Shown here in pieces: positions 13,261 through 25,700 of a stretch of DNA of 64,000 nucleotides. The position numbers were made by a program, and so were the translations under genes. Below the pieces are notes generated by a model. It was not told the origin of the DNA and did not search any database. It saw only the letters and a program-made list of their open reading frames with translations. Location of the stretch: assembly GCA_051362555.1 (NCBI GenBank), contig CM120644.1:20358534-20422533 (forward strand), in the 5' to 3' direction. The DNA is from Lingula anatina. Its lineage: Eukaryota; Animalia; Brachiopoda. Numbering within the stretch: the stretch's first letter is position 1; every line of letters begins with the position of its first letter.

Positions 13261-13929
13261 CTCAATTTAAGATTCAGAATTTTTCAATGATTTATATAAA
13301 AAAGCCAGATTTATCACTTTTTTTCACGAGATTTAGAAAAAAGATAGAATTCGTGACCTGTATTTAACTTCATTTTTCAATTTTCTTCATATGGGCCTAT
13401 AAATTGAGTGAAAGAGATGGTGTGCGTGTGTGTTTATGTGTGTGAGTTGACCACTGCTGGGCTACTAAGAGTTGGCCACTGCTGAAGAGGGCCGCTGAGA
13501 GCTGACCACTGCTGAAGATGGCTGCCGTTGCAGGAGATTCCCATATCCAACAAACATATATATATATATATATACTACCTGGGACAAAAGGAGTCTAAAT
13601 CTGCTCTTTATTGGGAAATTGTGGGGAAATTGTCACTGACACAAAAACAGTGCTCAAATAAATCAGAAAAGCAGTATTCCTTTTTAAATCATTGTGTTTT
13701 AATGGCAATCTCGACCTGTGTTGTTTTATTACTACACAGTACTTGTGACCAACCATAATCACATACTACAGCGGTACTTATACATTGTTTTCCTTCCTAT
13801 GAGTTACACTGTACCAACTGAATACAACAGTTCATTTTACACTGGCAATATTCTGTATTCTAGGGTTGGTTATAATCATAAGTTAACTTTCATAAAACTA
13901 ATAAATCTTATGTAATAGCTCATAGAATG

Positions 13930-14810
13930 AGACAAGGCAGCAAAGCTTCAAAATGTACAGACAAAAAGCAGAAATAATGATAAGCAAAATAGGCTACTGT
14001 CTATTCTGATGCCATAATACATTATGCTGAACAGCAAATCAACACCATGTATTAATTACGCACAATAGGTAATATGGATGTCAGTAAAATGTGTAACTAC
14101 CGTAAGGCCTCAGGCCCATGAAAATACCAATAAAATATATATTGCAATAAAAATATAATCCAATAGAGCTGGTTTTCTAATTTGAGCGGTATGTCAATCC
14201 TAAGAATAATTTTTGTAAGTTAAAATAATAAGTAACAGAGATTTCTTTTCATAACATTTGTGATGGCAGTGCACAAAGTAGTTTTTATCAATTCTGATGC
14301 AATATAACATAATAATTATGAACAGTATAATTATCACCAATTTTAACAATCTACTATTAATAATTAATAACATGGACATCTAGAAATTTTGATTACCATT
14401 AGGCTTCATGTCTGTGGGAATTCCAAGTCCCACAATGAAAATGTCCATTTGTGAAAAATTAAAATTTCACAAAAATGTTCAACTTCCAGAAAAAGAAGTC
14501 AATTACGCTGCTTTTCCAACGCAGACTGAATTTTAGTCCTATGGTTCTTTTTTGTAAGTTTGAGATTCATAAGTAACATGGTTTTCCTGGTAGTCATGGT
14601 GGCAGTATCCAAAATAGGGTTTTCTTCAATTCTGATGCAATGTTACATAATGCTCAACAGCAAAATGACCATCAATGTTTAATAATAAAATATAAGTATC
14701 ATTGATACTCAGAACATGTGAATAGCAAAGGTTTTCAAGCCCATGGAGGTTCAAAGTCACACCTTCAAAATACCAATGTGTGAAAATTTTAGTTTTCACA
14801 AAAAAAGTTA
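13930..14810. repeat. Old degenerate tandem repeat, ~3 copies of ~290-340 bp
   Basis: Shared core ATTCTGATGC...ACAT..AACAG at ~14003, ~14291 and ~14629, each preceded by GGCAG. Confidence 0.55.
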
Positions 14811-14889
14811 TATATGCACATCCACAATACTGGGTAACATTGGGACATGGGCAACATGGGGCTGATCTTGTGAGCATGCTTTCTGCTTA

Positions 14890-15200
14890 AAATATGCATT
14901 GTATATGCTTTATATTTATAAATTTTGGAAAACGTGACATTAAACACATACAGAAATTACCAAGAAAGAGAACACTTGGTTTTACAGGTTGGGAAAGCAT
15001 GCTGTGAACCTGAATTGGCAGTTAAGCAGCGACAGCATGAAAACCATCTCACATGCGCACGCCTTCAACTTTGAATATGCATCCTATCTTGCTTTATATT
15101 CATAAAGTTTGAAAATGTAGCATTAAACACAAAAACTATCAGGGAAGAGTACACTTAACTTCACTGAGTTGGGCAAGCACGTGATCCTGAACAGCAATAA
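14890..15200. repeat. Degenerate direct duplication, ~184-bp period
   Basis: AATATGCAT...GCTTTATATT.ATAAA.TTT...CATTAAACACA...GAG.ACACTT...GTTGGG.AAGCA at ~14891 and ~15074. Confidence 0.6.
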
Positions 15201-15804
15201 CATAAAATCATTTTTCGTGATTTACATGCCAAAAAAAAAAAAAAAGGGGGATCGGATATAGCTAATGACTCTCATGTTACAGATCATTACGCATCAATGG
15301 AAGTGTTTACTATTTACGCTAAGTCCCTGGGCCAATTCTGAATGGGGAAACGAAACTACACGCTAGCTGTGGTTTTACTGTTTGAAGAAAATGAAACAGG
15401 ACTGGGTCAAAACATCCGTGATTATACACTCAGATGACAGGAATTCCTTACACATTTTTGTCCTAAGAAAAACAGCATATTTTGGGTATTTAAATCCTGA
15501 AATTGAACAATTTCATGTGTATGGGAGATAATTCTTTGTACTGAAGTTGAAAATGGAAATGATGGTAATGCACGACAACCCGTTTTTGTCACCCAGCAAA
15601 ATTTAATAATATAAGCTGCCAAACAGCATGTCTGCGTCTAAGACCAAAGTGCTGTTTAAGTATCATTTACGACTAAGAATTAAAAAGTTTAAAATATACA
15701 GCAATGTTTGGAAACAAAATTATATTTGTTGCAGTTAGAGAAATTATCACCTTTCACATGAAGGCACCCACATTGTAATCCAACACAATATAGTTATATT
15801 TTAT

Positions 15805-17031
15805 ACTTTCAAATAGTTAATCATTAATAATTTTGTCAATAAAAATCTGTGATAAACAAATCCGTTGACTGTGTCTAATGAAAAATTTTTCTTTTTTGGA
15901 CAATATATTTGAGCAAACTGAAACTCGCAATGAAAACACTTTCATATTCGATGGTTTAAAAAAGTTAAACATTGATAATTTTGTCAAATCTGGCCCAATA
16001 TTTCTGACTGTGTCTAATGAAAAGTTTTTCTTTTTTGGACAATATATTTGAGCAAACTGAAACTCGCAATGAGAACACTTTCAAATTCGATGGTTTAAAA
16101 AAGTTAAACATTAATAATTTTGTCAAATCTGGTCCAATAATGATGCTTAACAACAATAAAAATCTGTGATAAGCTGATCAGTTGACTGTTTCTAATGAAA
16201 AGTATTTTTTTGGGCAACATATTTGAAAAAACGGAAAATTACACTCAAAACATTTTCAAATTCCATGGTTCAAAATAGTTAAACATTAATAATTTAGATA
16301 AATCTTGTCCCATGTTTCTGAAACTTGTACAAATTACGCTTAACAACAATAAAAATCTGTGATAAGTTGATCAACTGTCTGTGTCTTTTTCTAAGTGTCA
16401 AGTTTATTGTAAATTAATTATCAGAAGAGTGTGACAATTAACAAAATCAAATATTTCAATATTGCAGTGTATATTTTACTCTAAAAGAAAACAGCAAATG
16501 TGATGATTTGAGTTTGTTTGTGAAAGAAGTGGCAAATTACCTATAACTGTCATCTAGAAAACAATATATACCCATACAAGACTTCTCCTCACTACCAATG
16601 CCAGATGCAGATGGCTCCCTATAATGGGTTTCTGGAATCCGCCTGTTAGCACAATTTTTGACAATGTCCTAAATCTTGAAACCTATCATGTGTTGTACAC
16701 ATTGATAAGACATAGTGCTGCTCTTGCTGCCATTTTTCTCTGCTTGCCTTTTCATGGTAAGGGTAATCTGGAAAAAGAACAAAATTACTGAAAATTACAT
16801 TGAAGAGACTGGCAAATTCTGTGACTTAAAATAGTTAACTGTTAATAATTTTGTCAAATCTAGTCCAAAATTTCTGATATTTGTACAAATGATGCTTAAC
16901 AACAATAAAAATCTGTGATAAGCTGATCAAGTGACTGTATTTAATGAAAAGTGTTTTTTAGGACAATATATTTGAGAAAACTGAAAATTACACTGAAAAA
17001 CCTGGCAAATCCCATCGTTTAAAATAGTTAA
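15805..17031. repeat. Diverged left margin of the macrosatellite (degenerate 193-bp monomers plus one diverged unique block)
   Basis: Same motifs as the main array (AAATAGTTAAACATTAATAATTTTGTCAAATC, AACAACAATAAAAATCTGTGATAAG). The exon-like block at ~16541-16767 differs from main-array copies at roughly 25 of 227 positions (hand count). Confidence 0.9.
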
Positions 17032-17307
17032 AAGGACACAAAAGAGGATTTTCGTGCCAAAATTGATTTATCCCGGGGTTAACAGTATTTATCCGCGATT
17101 CACCAACCTTTAATCTTTCATTCCCAGCACTCGCCATCGCTCTGTAACATTTTTGGGAAATACAATAAAAGAAAACCTCCGCTTAAGCGGAGGTTTACCA
17201 ACAACCAAATCCATTTTGATACTGGAACTCTTTAGACTTCCGCATCTCGCCAGATTCTCGTATTGCGACCTAGTTAAAACAAGTTAAAGCTGCCAGGAAA
17301 AGACAAC

Positions 17308-17543
17308 ATGGCACAGGTGGCTCAATTAGTTGAGACTCCATCGAAGAAGGGAAGAAAGATAACAAAAAGAAAAAGGAAACACCCTTTACAAAAATCAACA
17401 CCAGAGAAAATGCGAAAAACAGTTTATCAGCAAATGCACGACAGGCAAACAATAATCACCGGCGAGGAAGAAGGCAGATGAAAACCTGCTTGGGTGGCCA
17501 TGGATACGAAGGATCGCCTGGCCGCGAAGTATTTACTGGGTTT
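17308..17543 (+). pseudogene. Exon 1 of degenerate Kolobok transposase-like gene
   Basis: ACAACATGG start; MAQVAQLVETPSKKGRKITKRKRKHP...RQTIITGEEEGR*KPAWVAMDTKDRLAAKYLLG then GTAAGT donor at 17544. In-frame TGA (17479) lies where the recalled N-terminal motif I-x-IG-x3-RW...D-x2-A-x-FLL has W. Motif match is from memory, not a search. Confidence 0.55.
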
Positions 17544-18421
17544 GTAAGTACCATTTACAATAATGTTTGAGATAAGACACCAGTGAAAATATTTATTAAG
17601 CACAGAGATTAATGTTTATTTATGTGTGTTCGTTGTATTTCCTAACGATTGTCAGGCTCGTCTGTCAAAATATGCCATGAAATTGTAACTAATATGAGTG
17701 GTATCTATGACAGAAATTGCAAGTGTTGCTCATATGTCGAGCAAAGAAAGTTTAATTAGAAACGGACATGGTGGGAGATACTAGTCTCATTACATGTACA
17801 TTACAATGGCCGGGGCGAATTTGTGACTTACCGAGGGCACATTTCTTGTGCCTCTAACATCTAAGCATACAAAACACAGTAATTAAGACGTATGACCAAG
17901 ATGCTATTTCTTTAGGCATCTAAATTCCAAAATGCATGTGCAGAAGCTGTTATTGTATCTAAGTTTAACTCAATGTTAAATGGCATGTCAACTATAATTG
18001 AAAATATCTTTGAGTAGTATTTTGATTTTATATTCTAAAGACAATTTGTCTCCTTTTTACATTAAAAATAAATAAATCAGAAAGGGGATATTACATGTTT
18101 ATGTTTGGTACATCTCTCTAATGTATTAAATAGTCCAGAGTAATAATTTAGATCATACAATTTTTAACTTTAGAGTCCAACCAGTATTTCGGAGATTAAC
18201 CCAATATGAAGTGATCAAGAAACTTCAAAATTAAGTTGAAGTTAATACTAGTGCAGCTGAAGATGACAGTCTAGATAATTTAAGGTGATCATATTGAGAA
18301 AAATGGCATTTATACTTATTTCAGTTGAGTTTTATACTTATTTCAGTTATGTTTTTACATGATTTTTCACAAACTTGATTATCTTAATTTTATGTACTGT
18401 TGCTTTTTTTTTTTGGTTGCA

Positions 18422-18552
18422 GTATCAAGGTAACTTTTTCCTATGGGATGTCTGAACTGGAAGAGGTGCAGATGGAAGAGGAGGAAGATGCTGAAGAAGA
18501 GGGAATTAAAGGATCCTGATGATCCAACATGGGACTAAAACATGTCTTTAGA
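18422..18552 (+). pseudogene. Degenerate acidic exon of the same transposase-like gene
   Basis: Polypyrimidine-GCAG acceptor at ~18422; encodes MSELEEVQMEEEEDAEEEG and, after a frameshift, KDPDDPTWD; ends near a GTAAGC donor. Confidence 0.4.
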
Positions 18553-18675
18553 GTAAGCAGAATTTTAATAATTATAAGCTGATATTCACTCATCATATAT
18601 TAGGCATTATAGGTGCATGATTTCTCTTTTATCAATTTTTTTTCCAAATTGGCAACACATAATGTAAACATAATG

Positions 18676-19265
18676 CAAGACTCTATTTCCTCTGTCAACT
18701 GAAACAAGCTAAGCTTTACCAAAGTATTGTGCGCTCAATTCTAGAATATGCCTGCCCTGTGTGGCATCCAGGACTAACTATAGAGCAATGCAAACTCTTA
18801 GAGACTGTCCAAACTCGTGCTTTGAAGATTATTTTTCCTGACCTACACTATGATGAAACCCTGAACCTGGCAGATACATGTATGTGTACTTTAGATAAAC
18901 GAAGAGAAGATCTGTGCAAAACTTTCTTTTACAAAATAACTGAATCCTCTGACAAACTGAATCACATCTTTATTGAGCAATCCAATCGTCTTTTAAAATC
19001 AAACAATAGTAACAAAGTGCCAAAATTAAAGACCGACAGATTCCGATGCTGTTTAATTCCATATGCAGTTTCCATATCCACATTTCCAATAGTATTATGT
19101 TGTCTCTTATCCTAAGTACAATAATTTTAAAGTTCAATTAGCAGTCTTTTAACTCAGTTTTATTCAAGCAAATATTCACTTTAATTTCATTATAATTTTC
19201 TTAACACTGTGTACAACTTCAACCCACTGGGTTGCAATCTTAATAAATTATTATTATTATTATTT
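18676..19265 (+). mobile_element. 5'-truncated non-LTR retrotransposon (CR1/L2-group LINE) 3' end
   Basis: RLYFLCQLKQA..YQSIVRSILEYACPVWHPGLT...LETVQTRALKIIFPDLHYDETL...LDKRREDLCKTFF is the typical post-RT C-terminal region of CR1/L2-group LINEs; ends in AATAAA-(TTA)n tail at ~19242-19265. Confidence 0.85.
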
Positions 19266-19289
19266 TGATTTGCTTTTTTAGACCTTAAG

Positions 19290-19620
19290 GTTATGAGCAA
19301 CTGCCAGTATGATGTCCTGAAGAAGAGTTTTTTTACATGGAAGAGGAACTCTATGGCTCTCCACCAAAATAAGAATTCTCGAGGGTCCAAAGCGGGGACG
19401 AGTTGGATAGTGAGAGACTTTTCCTGACTTTCGAGTGCTGCTTACAGGATATATTCAGTGAATTCATCTTGCCAATGTGACAAAGCATAATCTGCTGACT
19501 TCAAACCATCTAGCACTGGCTTGTATGCTATAATGCAGACAGATTGGAAATCAAGGTGGTCTTTCCTCCCAAACCTAAGTCATATGCCTGATATTGAGAA
19601 TAAACCATTTTGGTCCAGCA
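19290..19620 (+). pseudogene. Degenerate continuation of Kolobok transposase-like gene
   Basis: ELDSERLFLTFECCLQDIF resembles the E-x-K-F-I-V-F-E-S-C-L-x2-L-F motif; the later RWSFLPNLSHMP resembles W-x-SQP...MP. Interrupted by stops and frameshifts. Confidence 0.45.
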
Positions 19621-20659
19621 TTTACTTCTTAAATCTAAATGACATCAAATGTATTATGGAATATGGTACTGGTGGCATATTGTGACTTCAACTTGATTTT
19701 AAACCAGGGTGTTGTCAGATTTTGTAAGATCACCAGTTGCAGTTTTGTGACTTTGTTACAGCATAAAATTCTGTATTTGGCAAATGACTGTATGTCATTT
19801 CTTTTAAGACCTACAAAAATGGTTTGAGTGAACACTTGTGCCTGTATTCAATTCTCCACTCAGCCATTATTTAGAATTCATGCAGGGAAGCCATGCATGT
19901 ATTTTTTAAAGAAATATTTTTACCTTTCTATTTATTCCCTGCACGTCTTGGAAAAGTATATGTGAATATCTTACCGATGAAACAATTTATGTTTGTGTAA
20001 GTCGGGTTAGTCCTTTCTTATGACACATCCCTTTGCATGGAGATTTTTGTGTCAGCTCACATGAGTCAATACACTGACAGAGAGGGGGATAATTTGTTGA
20101 TCTGCAATCCTCATGGGTCTGCATGTACGTCAGACTCTTAACATGATAGCCCGATGTTAATAAGTCTCTCTCAAAAATGTTACCATACTATAATTTGTAC
20201 TGCACAATGTGAAAGTTTGTGAATGCTTGAATGGAAGGCTTATTTATGAAGAGAGCATTAAGTATGAAAATAATTATGCATTCTAGCTTACAAAATCTGT
20301 GTATGTCTTATTCATTACATGTGACAGGTAATAATAAAGATGATTTGGCCAAATTCCAAACTTATGTAGCAAACTTTGTTTATTCTTGTATTTTTGCCAA
20401 ATAAAAATAAAAGATGTTTCAATATTTAAACTTTTATTTCATTCATAATCTCTACCCAGTTAATGCTACATTGATACTGCAGCTTATGCTTTGTACATAA
20501 CAATATGTTAATAATAATAACAGTTGGATAGTACATGTTGTTAATTTACTAAAGGGCTAGTTCTTAGAAAAACATGTTCGACATTAAAATATATTCTAAA
20601 AAAGTTTTCAAGAATTGCATTAGAATTGAATCTTTGGATGTATTTGCCAAAATTATAAA

Positions 20660-20925
20660 ATTATTGAAGAGTTGACAATGCCCAGAAAATAAAGGCCTTG
20701 AGGCTCTCGCTGATCTCAGTCTTGTCACTTTAAATACATGTACATGGGAATTATAATATAAAACTGTTCACTCGGTTTTGGTAAAAGGTGGTGGATCATG
20801 TGGTCATCAATGCAAATGTTTTGTAGCAGTCTTTTACACAACTTGTCACACCGATATTGAAGTGATGCAGTATTGTAAGATTGGAGTGCTTCCTGGTATG
20901 AGTTTTCCAGATATAACTTGAGGCA
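20660..20925 (-). mobile_element. Second CR1/L2-group LINE 3' fragment
   Basis: Minus-strand frame CLKLYLENSYQEALQSYNTASLQYRCDKLCKRLLQNICIDDHMIHHLLPKP matches the same LINE C-terminal pattern (SY.EAL...L..R..LC......HHLLP) as 18.8 kb. Confidence 0.65.
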
Positions 20926-21416
20926 CTGTAATAGTAAAATTGCATAAAATGGTTATAAAGAAAAAATGTATTGATATTATCATAACAGCAGTATTCTTTA
21001 ACAAAAATCAACAAATTAGAGGGCATAATCACTATGTGATATCCAGCTTTTAATAAAGAAGCAAGTCTGATTGTGGCAAAAAAAATTAAATTTAAATATC
21101 TGTAGCTGCATTAAATCATAAAGGCCACAAGAAAAAATAACATAATCACACATGGTTTCAAAGAACTGATGTAAAAAAATCACACTAATATTCCCCACTT
21201 GGAATTAGAATTTTGACTAGCTAATTTATTACAGTATAGTGCTAAACCGTACCAAATGGCACTGTTCGCCCTCTAAAATACAAAAAATTTTAAGCAGGCC
21301 CAGAACCCCACGCCAACAAGAGGGGGGGGGGGTCGGCTTTGCATCCACGGACCCCTCCCCCCCTTTCAAATAATCCTGGATCCGCCCCTGTTATACTGCT
21401 AAAATTATTAACATAC

Positions 21417-21974
21417 CTGATCTCTCCACTCGTGCATGAAGGGGTGTATCACCCAATTCCTCCTCTGAAAGGCTAAAAAATTCATTCCTTATAATCATAT
21501 TCATTGACAATATTATTAAATTTACAAATAAGTTAACGTAGTTACGTGTTGTACAAAGAACACTCTCTATCCCCACTAGTACTCGAGTTACATATTGTAT
21601 ATCTCATGGGATTCCCCTGCGAGAATATGGTGTGAGGTTAGTCTGTAAGTACTGGTAGATGACCACATTGAGCAGAAAAGGGTATTCCTCCTGCTTTAAA
21701 GAACTATACACCTCAGGGGCAAAGTGCACTACCTCGCTCCATGTAACTAGTAGTACGTACCCAGTGCGAGTGGTTTGGCTGCGAGTGCGTTACCCAGGGA
21801 AACGTTTATTAGCATTTATCTACGCTTTCTAACTTCCACTGCCAGACATTTTGATTTCCACTGCCACCTTCCCATTTTAAAGTACTTTTGGTAAATATAA
21901 CTTGCTTACCTGCAAAGAATTGGTGAACAATTCCTCTTCTTCTTCTCTCCCACGCTCACCTTCGATTCAGCCAT
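21417..21974 (-). pseudogene. First two exons (21974-21910, 21472-21417) of the oppositely oriented second gene of the Kolobok-type element
   Basis: ATG at 21974, donor GTAAGC, acceptor TTTTTTAG and donor GTATGT; spliced frame stays open: MAESKVSVGEKKKRNCSPILCSLSEEELGDTPLHARVERS. Kolobok elements characteristically carry a second gene (KolX) on the opposite strand; KolX motifs were not clearly recovered. Confidence 0.4.
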
Positions 21975-22319
21975 GCTGTCTGCATTGTTTACATCTCGTA
22001 TCTGAGTCGAGAAGCTGCGTTATTTCAAATTGTGTCAAGATGGCTGACGCCCGGGGTTTGAAAGGGGACGGTGAATATGATACTTTTTTGCAATATTGAT
22101 TAAGGCCATTTATGTGCCATTCTATGTTTTAAATATAGCAATTGTTCTCAGTTAAGTTCAAAAAGAAGCAATCCATGCACTAAGAAAGCGTTTCAGATCC
22201 TATTTTTTGTCCCTTTAAACATTAATAATTTTGACAAATCTTGTCCAATGTTTCTGAAATTTGTACAAATGATGCCTAACAACAATAAAAATCTGTGATA
22301 AGATGATCAGCTGTCTGTG

Positions 22320-22413
22320 TCTGTTTTAAGTTTCAAGTTTATTGGATATTTATAATCAGAAGAATGTGACAATAAACTAAATCAAATATTTCAATATTGC
22401 AATATATATTTCA
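22320..22413 (-). ncRNA. Putative terminal exon with poly(A) signal after a 62-nt intron (first copy shown)
   Basis: Intron GTAATT...GCTGTTTTCTTTTACAG (22475-22414); AATAAA at 22343-22338, about 17 nt before the unique block ends. Confidence 0.35.
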
Positions 22414-22475
22414 CTGTAAAAGAAAACAGCAAATGTGATGATTTGTGTTTGTTTGTGAAGGAAGTTGCAAATTAC

Positions 22476-22702
22476 CTATAACTGTCATCTAGAAAACAAT
22501 ATATATCCATACGAGGCTTTTCCTTACTACCAATGCCAGATGCAGATGACGTCTTACAAAGGGTTTCTGGAATCCGCCTGTTAGCACAATTTTTGACAAT
22601 GTCCTAAATCTTGCAACATATCATGTATTGTTCACATGGATAAGACATAGCACTGCTCTTGCTGCTGATTTGCTCTGCCTGCCTTTTCGTGTTAAGGGTA
22701 CT
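22476..22702 (-). ncRNA. Putative 227-nt exon repeated in every macrosatellite unit (first copy shown); probably non-coding
   Basis: Minus strand TTGTTGTTTTTCCAG|AGTACC...TTATAG|GTAATT. Stops in all three frames; 227 is not a multiple of 3. Transcription is not demonstrated. Confidence 0.45.
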
Positions 22703-25700
22703 CTGGAAAAACAACAATGTAACTGAAAAAACTGAAAATAACACTGAAAAGACTGGCAAATTCCATGACTTGAAATAGTTAATTGTTAATAATTTTGTCA
22801 AATCTAGTCTAATATTTCTGATATTTGTACAAATGATGCTTAACAACAATAAAAACCTGTGATACGCTGATCAAGTGACTGTATTAAATGAAAAGTGATT
22901 TTCAGGACAATATATTTGAGAAATCCGAAAATTACACTGAAAACAATTTCAAATTCCATCGTTAAAAATAGTTAAACATTAATCAATTTGACACATCTTG
23001 TCCAATGTTTCTCAAATTTGTACAAATGATGCTTTACAACAATAAAAATCTGGGATAAGCTGATCAGTTGACTGTATCTAATGAAGAGTGTTTTTTAGGA
23101 CAATATACTTGAGAAAACTCAAAATTACACTGAAAAGACTGGGAAATCACAGGACTTAAAATAGTTAAACGTGAATAATTTTGTCAAATATGGTTCAATA
23201 TTTCTGAAATTTGTACAAATGATGCCTAACAACAATAAAAGTCTGTGATAAGATGACCAGTTGTCTGTGTCTTATGAAAAATATTTTTTTCAGACAATAT
23301 ATTTGAGAAATCTGAAAATTACACTAAAAACACTTTCAAATTCCATCGTTAAAAATAGTTAAACATTAATCAATTTGACACATCTTGTCCAATGTTTCTC
23401 AAATTTGTACAAATGATGCTTTACAACAATAAAAATCTGGGATAAGCTGATCAGTTGACTGTATCTAATGAAGAGTGTTTTTTAGGACAATATACTTGAG
23501 AAAACTCAAAATTACACTGAAAAGACTGGGAAATCACAGGACTTAAAATAGTTAAACCTGAATAATTTTGTCAAATATGGTTCAATATTTCTGAAATTTG
23601 TACAAATGATGCCCAACAACAATAAAAGTCTGTGATAAGATGACCAGTTGTCTGTGTCTTATGAAAAATATTTTTTTCAGACAATATATTTGAGAAATCC
23701 GAAAATTACACTAAAAACACTTTCAAATTCCATCGTTAAAAATAGTTAAACATTAATCATTTTAACAAGTCCTGTCCAATGTTTTTCAAATTTGTACAAA
23801 TGATGCATAACAACAATAAAAACCTGGGATAAGCTGATCAGTTGACTGTATCTAATGAAGTGTTTTATAGGACAATATACTTGAGAAAACTGAAAATTAC
23901 ACTGAAAAGACTGGGAAATCGCAGGACTTAAAATAGTTAAACGTGAATAATTTTGTCAAATCTGGTTCAATATTTCTGAAATTTATACAAATGATGCCTA
24001 ACAACAATAAAAGTCTGTGATAAGATGATCAGTTGTCTGTGTTTGTTTTAAGTGTCAAGTTTATTGGAAATTCATAATCAGAAGAATGTGACTATAAACT
24101 AAATCAAATATTTCAATATTGCAATATATATTTCACAGTAAAAGAAAACAGCAAATGTGATGATTTGTGTTTGTTTGTGAAGGAAGTTGCAAATTACCTA
24201 TAACTCTCATCTAGAAAACAATATATACTCATACAAGACTTCTCCTTACTACTAATGCCAGATGCAGATGACGCCTTACAATGGGTTTCTGGAATCCGCC
24301 TGTTAGGACAATTTTTGACAATGTCCTAAATCTTGCAACATATCATGTATTGTTCACATGGATAACACATAGCACTGCTCTTGCTGCTGATTTGCACTGC
24401 CTGCCTTTTCGTGTTAAGGGTACTCTGGAAAAACAACAATGTAACTGATAAAACTGAAAATAACACTGAAAAGACTGGCAAATTACATGACTTGAAATAG
24501 TTAAACGTGAATAATTTTGTCAAATCTAGTCTAATATTTCTGATATTTGTACAAATGATGCTTAACAACAATAAAAACCTGTGATAAGCTGATCAAGTGA
24601 CTGTATTAAATGAAAAGTGATTTTTAGGACAATATATTTGAGAAATCCGAAAATTACAATAAAAACACTTTCAAATTCCATCGTTAAAAATAGTTAAACA
24701 TTAATCAATTTGACACATCTTGTCCAATGTTTCTCAAATTTGTACAAATGATGCATAACAACAATAAAAATCTGGGATAAGCTGATCAGTTGACTGTATC
24801 TAATGAAGAGTGTTTTTTAGGACAATATACTTGAGAAAACTCAAAATTACACTGAAAAGACTGGGAAATCACAGGACTTAAAATAGTTAAACGTGAATAA
24901 TTTTGTCAAATATGGTTCAATATTTCTGAAATTTGTACAAATGATGCCCAACAACAATAAAAGTCTGTGATAAGATGACCAGTTGTCTGTGTCTTATGAA
25001 AAATATTTTTTTCAGACAATATATTTGAGAAATCCGAAAATTACACTAAAAACACTTTCAAATTCCATCGTTAAAAATAGTTAAACATTAATCATTTTAA
25101 CAAGTCCTGTCCAATGTTTTTCAAATTTGTACAAATGATGCATAACAACAATAAAAACCTGGGATAAGCTGATCAGTTGACTGTATCTAATGAAGTGTTT
25201 TATAGGACAATATACTTGAGAAAACTGAAAATTACACTGAAAAGACTGGGAAATCGCAGGACTTAAAATAGTTAAACGTGAATAATTTTGTCAAATCTGG
25301 TTCAATATTTCTGAAATTTATACAAATGATGCCTAACAACAATAAAAGTCTGTGATAAGATGATCAGTTGTCTGTGTTTGTTTTAAGTGTCAAGTTTATT
25401 GGAAATTCATAATCAGAAGAATGTGACTATAAACTAAATCAAATATTTCAATATTGCAATATATATTTCACAGTAATAGAAAACAGCAAATGTGATGATT
25501 TGTGTTTGTTTGTGAAGGAAGTTGCAAATTACCTATAACTCTCATCTAGAAAACAATATATACTCATACAAGACTTCTCCTTACTATTAATGCCAGATGC
25601 AGATGACGCCTTACAATGGGTTTCTGGAATCCGCCTGTTAGGACAATTTTTGACAATGTCCTAAATCTTGCAACATATCATGTATTGTTCACATGGATAA

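Larger units (their letters stand above)
17032..22214 (+). mobile_element. Degenerate Kolobok-type DNA transposon, ~5.2 kb
   Basis: TTAA at 17028-17031 and 22215-22218; removing the element restores the satellite AAAATAG-TTAA-ACATTAAT. TIRs AAGGACACAAAAGAGGAT vs AGGGACAAAAAATAGGAT (15/18). TTAA TSD with purine-purine 5' termini is the Kolobok signature (piggyBac termini are typically CCC/YY). Confidence 0.8.

Noticed and set aside
17032-22214. piggyBac assignment from the TTAA TSD
   Set aside because: Termini begin AAGG/AGGG rather than CCC/YY, and the peptide remnants and two-gene layout fit Kolobok better.
22434-22560. GTGATGA as box C of a repeated C/D snoRNA
   Set aside because: No box D (CTGA) or terminal stem at a suitable distance downstream.
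22476-22702. Single in-frame TAG in an otherwise open 75-codon frame (…CCKI*DIVKNC…) as readthrough or recoding
   Set aside because: Exon length is not a multiple of 3, and differences from the 16.5-kb copy are overwhelmingly non-synonymous in that frame, so there is no sign of coding constraint.
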